A DNA stretch of 64,000 nucleotides, from NCBI RefSeq assembly GCF_009914755.1, contig NC_060931.1, one strand, 5' to 3'. The DNA is from the human T2T-CHM13v2.0 reference genome, Homo sapiens. The notes below the pieces were generated by a model. That model searched no databases. It was not told the DNA's origin and was given only the letters and a program-made list of their open reading frames with translations. A program made the position numbers and the translations under genes. Shown piece after piece: positions 54,901 to 64,000 of this stretch (positions within the stretch are counted from its first letter, which is position 1; each line of letters starts with the position of its first letter).

Positions 54901-57900
54901 TTTGATGCCAACAGTAGAAAAGGAAATATCTTCAAATAAAAACTAGACAGAATCATTCTCAGAAACTACTTTGTGATGTGTGCCTTCAACTCACAGAGTT
55001 TAACCTTTCTTTTCTTAGAGCAGTTTAGAAACACTCTGCTTGTTACGTCTGCAAGTGGATATTTGGACCTCTTTGAGGCCTTCGTTGCAAACGGGGTTTC
55101 TTCCTTTCATGCTAGACTAAGAAGAGTTCTCAGTAACTTTTTTGTGTTGTGTGTATTCAACTCACAGAGTTGAACCTTGCTTTAGAGAGAGCAGATTTGA
55201 AACACTCTTGCTGTGGCATTTTCAGGTGGAGATTTCAAGCGATTTGAGGACAATTGCAGAAAAGGAAATATCTTCGTATAATAACCAGACAGAATCATTC
55301 TCAGAAAGTGCTTTGTGATGTGTGCGTTCAACTCACAGAGTTTAACCTTTCTTTTCATAGAGGAGTTTGGAAACACACTGTTTGTAAAGTCTGCAAGTGG
55401 ATATATGGACCTGTTTAAGGCCTTCGTTGGAAACGGGATTTCTTCATTGAATGCTAGACGGAAGAATTCTCAGTAAATTCTTTGTGTTGTGTGCATTCAA
55501 CTCACAGAGTGGAACGTCCCTTTAGACAGAGCAGATTTGAAACACTCTTTTTGCGGAATTTGCAAGTGGAGATTTCTAGCCATTTGATGCCAACAGTAGA
55601 AAGGGAAATATCTTCAAATAAAAACCAGACAGAATCATTCTCAGAAAATTCTTTGTGATGTGTGCGTTCAACTCACATAGTTTAACCTTTCTTTTCATAG
55701 AGCAGTTTGGAAACACTCTGTTTGTAAAGTCTGCAAGTGGATATATGGACCGCATTGAGGCCTTCGTTGGAAACGGGATTTCTTCATTTCATGCTAGACA
55801 GAAGAATTCTCAGTAACTTCTTTGTGCTGTGTGTATTCAACTCACAGAGTGGAACGTCCCTTTACACAGAGCAGATTTGAAACACTCTTTTTGTGGAGTT
55901 TGCAAGTGGAGATTTCAAGCGATTTGATGCCTACAGTAGAAAAGGAAATATCTTCAAATAAAAACTAGACAGAATCATTCTCAGAAACTACTTTGTGATG
56001 TGTGCCTTCAACTCACAGAGTTTAACCTTTCTTTTCTTAGAGCAGTTTAGAAACACTCTGCTTGTTATGTCTGCAAGTGGATATTTGGACCTCTTTGAGG
56101 CCTTCGTTGCAAACGGGGTTTCTTCCTTTCATGCTAGACTAAGAAGAGTTCTCAGTAACTTTTTTGTGTTGTGTGTATTCAACTCACAGAGTTGAACCTT
56201 GCTTTAGAGAGAGCAGATTTGAAACACTCTTGCTGTGGCATTTTCAGGTGGAGATTTCAAGCGATTTGAGGACAATTGCAGAAAAGGAAATATCTTCGTA
56301 TAATAACCAGACAGAATCATTCTCAGAAAGTGCTTTGTGATGTGTGCGTTCAACTCACAGAGTTTAACCTTTCTTTTCATAGAGGAGTTTGGAAACACAC
56401 TGTTTGTAAAGTCTGCAAGTGGATACATGGACCTGTTTGAGGCCTTCGTTGGAAACGGGATTTCTTCATTGAATGCTAGACGGAAGAATTCTCAGTAAAT
56501 TCTTTGTGTTGTGTGCATTCAACTCACAGAGTGGAACGTCCCTTTAGACAGAGCAGATTTGAAACACTCTTTTTGCGGAATTTGCAAGTGGAGATTTCTA
56601 GCCATTTGATGCCAACAGTAGAAAGGGAAATATCTTCAAATAAAAACCAGACAGAATCATTCTCAGAAAATTCTTTGTGATGTGTGCGTTCAACTCACAT
56701 AGTTTAACCTTTCTTTTCATAGAGCAGTTTGGAAACACTCTGTTTGTAAAGTCTGCAAGTGGATATATGGACCGCATTGAGGCCTTCGTTGGAAAAGAGA
56801 TTTCTTCATTTCATGCTAGACAGAAGAATTCTCAGTAACTTCTTTGTGCTGTGTGTATTCAACTCACAGAGTGGAACGTCCCTTTGCACAGAGCAGATTT
56901 GAAACACTCTTTTTGTGGAGTTTGCAAGTGGAGATTTCAAGCGATTTGATGCCAACAGTAGAAAAGGAAATATCTTCAAATAAAAACTAGACAGAATCAT
57001 TCTCAGAAACTACTTTGTGATGTGTGCCTTCAACTCACAGAGTTTAACCTTTCTTTTCTTAGAGCAGTTTAGAAACACTCTGCTTGTTATGTCTGCAAGT
57101 GGATATTTGGACCTCTTTGAGGCCTTCGTTGCAAACGGGGTTTCTTCCTTTCATGCTAGACTAAGAAGAGTTCTCAGTAACTTTTTTGTGTTGTGTGTAT
57201 TCAACTCACAGAGTTGAACCTTGCTTTAGAGAGAGCAGATTTGAAACACTCTTGCTGTGGCATTTTCAGGTGGAGATTTCAAGCGATTTGAGGACAATTG
57301 CAGAAAAGGAAATATCTTCGTATAATAACCAGACAGAATCATTCTCAGAAAGTGCTTTGTGATGTGTGCGTTCAACTCACAGAGTTTAACCTTTCTTTTC
57401 ATAGAGGAGTTTGGAAACACACTGTTTGTAAAGTCTGCAAGTGGATATATGGACCTGTTTGAGGCCTTCGTTGGAAACGGGATTTCTTCATTGAATGCTA
57501 GACGGAAGAATTCTCAGTAAATTCTTTGTGTTGTGTGCATTCAACTCACAGAGTGGAACGTCCCTTTAGACAGAGCAGATTTGAAACACTCTTTTTGCGG
57601 AATTTGCAAGTGGAGATTTCTAGCCATTTGATGCCAACAGTAGAAAGGGAAATATCTTCAAATAAAAACCAGACAGAATCATTCTCAGAAAATTCTTTGT
57701 GATGTGTGCGTTCAACTCACATAGTTTAACCTTTCTTTTCATAGAGCAGTTTGGAAACACTCTGTTTGTAAAGTCTGCAAGGGGATATATGGACCGCATT
57801 GAGGCCTTCGTTGGAAACGGGATTTCTTCATTTCATGCTAGACAGAAGAATTCTCAGTAACTTCTTTGTGCTGTGTGTATTCAACTCACAGAGTGGAACG

Positions 57901-59276
57901 TCCCTTTGCACAGAGCAGATTTGAAACACTCTTTTTGTGGAGTTTGCAAGTGGAGATTTCAAGCGATTTGATGCCAACAGTAGAAAAGGAAATATCTTCA
58001 AATAAAAACTAGACAGAATCATTCTCAGAAACTACTTTGTGATGTGTGCCTTCAACTCACAGAGTTTAACCTTTCTTTTCTTAGAGCAGTTTAGAAACAC
58101 TCTGCTTGTTATGTCTGCAAGTGGATATTTGGACCTCTTTGAGGCCTTCGTTGCAAACGGGGTTTCTTCCTTTCATGCTAGACTAAGAAGAGTTCTCAGT
58201 AACTTTTTTGTGTTGTGTGTATTCAACTCACAGAGTTGAACCTTGCTTTAGAGAGAGCAGATTTGAAACACTCTTGCTGTGGCATTTTCAGGTGGAGATT
58301 TCAAGCGATTTGAGGACAATTGCAGAAAAGGAAATATCTTCGTATAATAACCAGACAGAATCATTCTCAGAAAGTGCTTTGTGATGTGTGCGTTCAACTC
58401 ACAGAGTTTAACCTTTCTTTTCATAGAGGAGTTTGGAAACACACTGTTTGTAAAGTCTGCAAGTGGATACATGGACCTGTTTGAGGCCTTCGTTGGAAAC
58501 GGGATTTCTTCATTGAATGCTAGACGGAAGAATTCTCAGTAAATTCTTTGTGTTGTGTGCATTCAACTCACAGAGTGGAACGTCCCTTTAGACAGAGCAG
58601 ATTTGAAACACTCTTTTTGCGGAATTTGCAAGTGGAGATTTCTAGCCATTTGATGCCAACAGTAGAAAGGGAAATATCTTCAAATAAAAACCAGACAGAA
58701 TCATTCTCAGAAAATTCTTTGTGATGTGTGCGTTCAACTCACATAGTTTAACCTTTCTTTTCATAGAGCAGTTTGGAAACACTCTGTTTGTAAAGTCTGC
58801 AAGTGGATATATGGACCGCATTGAGGCCTTCGTTGGAAACGGGATTTCTTCATTTCATGCTAGACAGAAGAATTCTCAGTAACTTCTTTGTGCTGTGTGT
58901 ATTCAACTCACAGAGTGGAACGTCCCTTTGCACAGAGCAGATTTGAAACACTCTTTTTGTGGAGTTTGCAAGTGGAGATTTCAAGCGATTTGATGCCAAC
59001 AGTAGAAAAGGAAATATCTTCAAATAAAAACTAGACAGAATCATTCTCAGAAACTACTTTGTGATGTGTGCCTTCAACTCACAGAGTTTAACCTTTCTTT
59101 TCTTAGAGCAGTTTAGAAACACTCTGCTTGTTATGTCTGCAAGTGGATATTTGGACCTCTTTGAGGCCTTCGTTGCAAACGGGGTTTCTTCCTTTCATGC
59201 TAGACTAAGAAGAGTTCTCAGTAACTTTTTTGTGTTGTGTGTATTCAACTCACAGAGTTGAACCTTGCTTTAGAGA

Positions 59277-61320
59277 GAGCAGATTTGAAACACTCTTGCT
59301 GTGGCATTTTCAGGTGGAGATTTCAAGCGATTTGAGGACAATTGCAGAAAAGGAAATATCTTCGTATAATAACCAGACAGAATCATTCTCAGAAAGTGCT
59401 TTGTGATGTGTGCGTTCAACTCACAGAGTTTAACCTTTCTTTTCATAGAGGAGTTTGGAAGCACACTGTTTGTAAAGTCTGCAAGTGGATATATGGACCT
59501 GTTCGAGGCCTTCGTTGGAAACGGGATTTCTTCGTTGAATGCTAGACGGAAGAATTCTCAGTAAATTCTTTGTGTTGTGTGCATTCAACTCACAGAGTGG
59601 AACGTCCCTTTAGACAGAGCAGATTTGAAACACTCTTTTTGCGGAATTTGCAAGTGGAGATTTCTAGCCATTTGATGCCAACAGTAGAAAGGGAAATATC
59701 TTCAAATAAAAACCAGACAGAATCATTCTCAGAAAATTCTTTGTGATGTGTGCGTTCAACTCACATAGTTTAACCTTTCTTTTCATAGAGCAGTTTGGAA
59801 ACACTCTGTTTGTAAAGTCTGCAAGTGGATATATGGACCGCATTGAGGCCTTCGTTGGAAACGGGATTTCTTCATTTCATGCTAGACAGAAGAATTCTCA
59901 GTAACTTCTTTGTGCTGTGTGTATTCAACTCACAGAGTGGAACGTCCCTTTGCACAGAGCAGATTTGAAACACTCTTTTTGTGGAGTTTGCAAGTGGAGA
60001 TTTCAAGCGATTTGATGCCAACAGTAGAAAAGGAAATATCTTCAAATAAAAACTAGACAGAATCATTCTCAGAAACTACTTTGTGATGTGTGCCTTCAAC
60101 TCACAGAGTTTAACCTTTCTTTTCTTAGAGCAGTTTAGAAACACTCTGCTTGTTATGTCTGCAAGTGGATATTTGGACCTCTTTGAGGCCTTCGTTGCAA
60201 ACGGGGTTTCTTCCTTTCATGCTAGACTAAGAAGAGTTCTCAGTAACTTTTTTGTGTTGTGTGTATTCAACTCACAGAGTTGAACCTTGCTTTAGAGAGA
60301 GCAGATTTGAAACACTCTTGCTGTGGCATTTTCAGGTGGAGATTTCAAGCGATTTGAGGACAATTGCAGAAAAGGAAATATCTTCGTATAATAACCAGAC
60401 AGAATCATTCTCAGAAAGTGCTTTGTGATGTGTGCGTTCAACTCACAGAGTTTAACCTTTCTTTTCATAGAGGAGTTTGGAAGCACACTGTTTGTAAAGT
60501 CTGCAAGTGGATATATGGACCTGTTCGAGGCCTTCGTTGGAAACGGGATTTCTTCGTTGAATGCTAGACGGAAGAATTCTCAGTAAATTCTTTGTGTTGT
60601 GTGCATTCAACTCACAGAGTGGAACGTCCCTTTAGACAGAGCAGATTTGAAACACTCTTTTTGCGGAATTTGCAAGTGGAGATTTCTAGCCATTTGATGC
60701 CAACAGTAGAAAGGGAAATATCTTCAAATAAAAACCAGACAGAATCATTCTCAGAAAATTCTTTGTGATGTGTGCGTTCAACTCACATAGTTTAACCTTT
60801 CTTTTCATAGAGCAGTTTGGAAACACTCTGTTTGTAAAGTCTGCAAGTGGATATATGGACCGCATTGAGGCCTTCGTTGGAAACGGGATTTCTTCATTTC
60901 ATGCTAGACAGAAGAATTCTCAGTAACTTCTTTGTGCTGTGTGTATTCAACTCACAGAGTGGAACGTCCCTTTGCACAGAGCAGATTTGAAACACTCTTT
61001 TTGTGGAGTTTGCAAGTGGAGATTTCAAGCGATTTGATGCCAACAGTAGAAAAGGAAATATCTTCAAATAAAAACTAGACAGAATCATTCTCAGAAACTA
61101 CTTTGTGATGTGTGCCTTCAACTCACAGAGTTTAACCTTTCTTTTCTTAGAGCAGTTTAGAAACACTCTGCTTGTTATGTCTGCAAGTGGATATTTGGAC
61201 CTCTTTGAGGCCTTCGTTGCAAACGGGGTTTCTTCCTTTCATGCTAGACTAAGAAGAGTTCTCAGTAACTTTTTTGTGTTGTGTGTATTCAACTCACAGA
61301 GTTGAACCTTGCTTTAGAGA
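59277..61320 (+). repeat. Recent single-HOR tandem duplication (HOR59/HOR60)
   Basis: Both copies share three variants seen nowhere else in the window (59461/59504/59534 and 60483/60526/60556). Confidence 0.9.
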
Positions 61321-64000
61321 GAGCAGATTTGAAACACTCTTGCTGTGGCATTTTCAGGTGGAGATTTCAAGCGATTTGAGGACAATTGCAGAAAAGGAAA
61401 TATCTTCGTATAATAACCAGACAGAATCATTCTCAGAAAGTGCTTTGTGATGTGTGCGTTCAACTCACAGAGTTTAACCTTTCTTTTCATAGAGGAGTTT
61501 GGAAACACACTGTTTGTAAAGTCTGCAAGTGGATATATGGACCTGTTTGAGGCCTTCGTTGGAAACGGGATTTCTTCATTGAATGCTAGACGGAAGAATT
61601 CTCAGTAAATTCTTTGTGTTGTGTGCATTCAACTCACAGAGTGGAACGTCCCTTTAGACAGAGCAGATTTGAAACACTCTTTTTGCGGAATTTGCAAGTG
61701 GAGATTTCTAGCCATTTGATGCCAACAGTAGAAAGGGAAATATCTTCAAATAAAAACCAGACAGAATCATTCTCAGAAAATTCTTTGTGATGTGTGCGTT
61801 CAACTCACATAGTTTAACCTTTCTTTTCATAGAGCAGTTTGGAAACACTCTGTTTGTAAAGTCTGCAAGTGGATATATGGACCGCATTGAGGCCTTCGTT
61901 GGAAACAAGATTTCTTCATTTCATGCTAGACAGAAGAATTCTCAGTAACTTCTTTGTGCTGTGTGTATTCAACTCACAGAGTGGAACGTCCCTTTACACA
62001 GAGCAGATTTGAAACACTCTTTTTGTGGAGTTTGCAAGTGGAGATTTCAAGCGATTTGATGCCAACAGTAGAAAAGGAAATATCTTCAAATAAAAACTAG
62101 ACAGAATCATTCTCAGAAACTACTTTGTGATGTGTGCCTTCAACTCACAGAGTTTAACCTTTCTTTTCTTAGAGCAGTTTAGAAACACTCTGCTTGTTAT
62201 GTCTGCAAGTGGATATTTGGACCTCTTTGAGGCCTTCGTTGCAAACGGGGTTTCTTCCTTTCATGCTAGACTAAGAAGAGTTCTCAGTAACTTTTTTGTG
62301 TTGTGTGTATTCAACTCACAGAGTTGAACCTTGCTTTAGAGAGAGCAGATTTGAAACACTCTTGCTGTGGCATTTTCAGGTGGAGATTTCAAGCGATTTG
62401 AGGACAATTGCAGAAAAGGAAATATCTTCGTATAATAACCAGACAGAATCATTCTCAGAAAGTGCTTTGTGATGTGTGCGTTCAACTCACAGAGTTTAAC
62501 CTTTCTTTTCATAGAGGAGTTTGGAAACACACTGTTTGTAAAGTCTGCAAGTGGATACATGGACCTGTTTGAGGCCTTCGTTGGAAACGGGATTTCTTCA
62601 TTGAATGCTAGACGGAAGAATTCTCAGTAAATTCTTTGTGTTGTGTGCATTCAACTCACAGAGTGGAACGTCCCTTTAGACAGAGCAGATTTGAAACACT
62701 CTTTTTGCGGAATTTGCAAGTGGAGATTTCTAGCCATTTGATGCCAACAGTAGAAAGGGAAATATCTTCAAATAAAAACCAGACAGAATCATTCTCAGAA
62801 AATTCTTTGTGATGTGTGCGTTCAACTCACATAGTTTAACCTTTCTTTTCATAGAGCAGTTTGGAAACACTCTGTTTGTAAAGTCTGCAAGTGGATATAT
62901 GGACCGCATTGAGGCCTTCGTTGGAAACGGGATTTCTTCATTTCATGCTAGACAGAAGAATTCTCAGTAACTTCTTTGTGCTGTGTGTATTCAACTCACA
63001 GAGTGGAACGTCCCTTTGCACACAGCAGATTTGAAACACTCTTTTTGTGGAGTTTGCAAGTGGAGATTTCAAGCGATTTGATGCCAACAGTAGAAAAGGA
63101 AATATCTTCAAATAAAAACTAGACAGAATCATTCTCAGAAACTACTTTGTGATGTGTGCCTTCAACTCACAGAGTTTAACCTTTCTTTTCTTAGAGCAGT
63201 TTAGAAACACTCTGCTTGTTATGTCTGCAAGTGGATATTTGGACCTCTTTGAGGCCTTCGTTGCAAACGGGGTTTCTTCCTTTCATGCTAGACTAAGAAG
63301 AGTTCTCAGTAACTTTTTTGTGTTGTGTGTATTCAACTCACAGAGTTGAACCCTGCTTTAGAGAGAGCAGATTTGAAACACTCTTGCTGTGGCATTTTCA
63401 GGTGGAGATTTCAAGCGATTTGAGGACAATTGCAGAAAAGGAAATATCTTCGTATAATAACCAGACAGAATCATTCTCAGAAAGTGCTTTGTGATGTGTG
63501 CGTTCAACTCACAGAGTTTAACCTTTCTTTTCATAGAGGAGTTTGGAAACACACTGTTTGTAAAGTCTGCAAGTGGATATATGGACCTGTTTGAGGCCTT
63601 CGTTGGAAACGGGATTTCTTCATTGAATGCTAGACGGAAGAATTCTCAGTAAATTCTTTGTGTTGTGTGCATTCAACTCACAGAGTGGAACGTCCCTTTA
63701 GACAGAGCAGATTTGAAACACTCTTTTTGCGGAATTTGCAAGTGGAGATTTCTAGCCATTTGATGCCAACAGTAGAAAGGGAAATATCTTCAAATAAAAA
63801 CCAGACAGAATCATTCTCAGAAAATTCTTTGTGATGTGTGCGTTCAACTCACATAGTTTAACCTTTCTTTTCATAGAGCAGTTTGGAAACACTCTGTTTG
63901 TAAAGTCTGCAAGTGGATATATGGACCGCATTGAGGCCTTCGTTGGAAACGGGATTTCTTCATTTCATGCTAGACAGAAGAATTCTCAGTAACTTCTTTG

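Larger units (their letters stand above)
1..64000 (+). repeat. Centromeric alpha-satellite higher-order repeat array, ~62.6 tandem copies of a 1022-bp 6-mer HOR (SF1 dimeric type)
   Basis: Typical alphoid motifs throughout (cattctcagaaa, ttcaactcacagag, tttgaaacactc, CENP-B box CTTCGTTGGAAACGGGA). The sequence and the ORF track recur with an exact 1022-bp period from start to end. Copies differ by only a few substitutions. The array runs off both window edges. Confidence 0.99.
1..64000 (+). other. D7Z1: Probable human chromosome 7 active centromeric array D7Z1 (S1C7H1L)
   Basis: A 6-monomer ~1.02-kb SF1 HOR with EcoRI sites at offsets 276 and 616 and a lost third site (gagttc at 958), giving 340- and 682-bp fragments. 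This matches my recollection of the D7Z1 340/680-bp EcoRI dimer/tetramer organisation. Not confirmed by alignment; the chr1/5/19 SF1 array is the main alternative. Confidence 0.8.

Noticed and set aside
45823-57782. Isolated singleton substitutions (45823 C>A, 48014 A>T, 50336 A>T, 57782 T>G)
   Set aside because: Ordinary private point mutations or sequencing errors outside known functional motifs; useful only as mapping markers.
59342-60567. Two 67-aa ORFs with a CxxC-like CKVC stretch
   Set aside because: They arise from the 228 T>C change removing a stop. The Cys pattern is simply translated tgt-rich satellite.
61708-61908. Unique 66-aa minus-strand ORF
   Set aside because: By-product of the CENP-B box mutation creating an alternative TTG start on the minus strand.
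596-63552. Three families of 64-74 aa ORFs repeated every 1022 bp on both strands
   Set aside because: They are chance open frames in alpha-satellite. They have no recognisable domain or gene structure, many use non-ATG starts, and they appear or vanish with single substitutions.
1-64000. CRISPR-like or other regularly interspaced repeat system
   Set aside because: The sequence between recurring motifs is itself repeated, so there are no unique spacers, and no cas-like or other genes are present.
1-64000. Embedded L1/Alu insertion, inversion or foreign sequence
   Set aside because: The 1022-bp register and orientation are unbroken across the window, leaving no room for an insertion.
1-64000. 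Synthetic alphoid array (HAC construct) or simulated repeat
   Set aside because: No tetO/lacO or vector sequence was seen, and the variants show nested, lineage-like sharing expected of a natural array. An assembly artefact cannot be fully excluded without reads.

Overview
The whole 64 kb window is one uninterrupted primate, almost certainly human, centromeric alpha-satellite array. It contains about 62.6 head-to-tail copies of a 1022-bp higher-order repeat (HOR). Each HOR is six ~170-bp monomers arranged as three dimers (340+340+342 bp), with a CENP-B box in every second monomer, which is the suprachromosomal family 1 (SF1) pattern. The 6-mer length and the two EcoRI sites per HOR (340/682-bp fragments) fit the chromosome 7 active array D7Z1 best. 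HOR n starts at 1+1022*(n-1); offsets below are positions within a HOR. I found no credible genes, transposons, inversions or indels, and all listed ORFs are repeat artefacts. I found no new gene-encoded system. The real information is in single-base HOR variants, read by eye and so possibly incomplete. They show nested duplication blocks of 1, 2, 4 and 5 HORs, a chimeric HOR, seven broken CENP-B boxes, and a three-base AT-to-GC cluster that adds CpGs around one CENP-B box.
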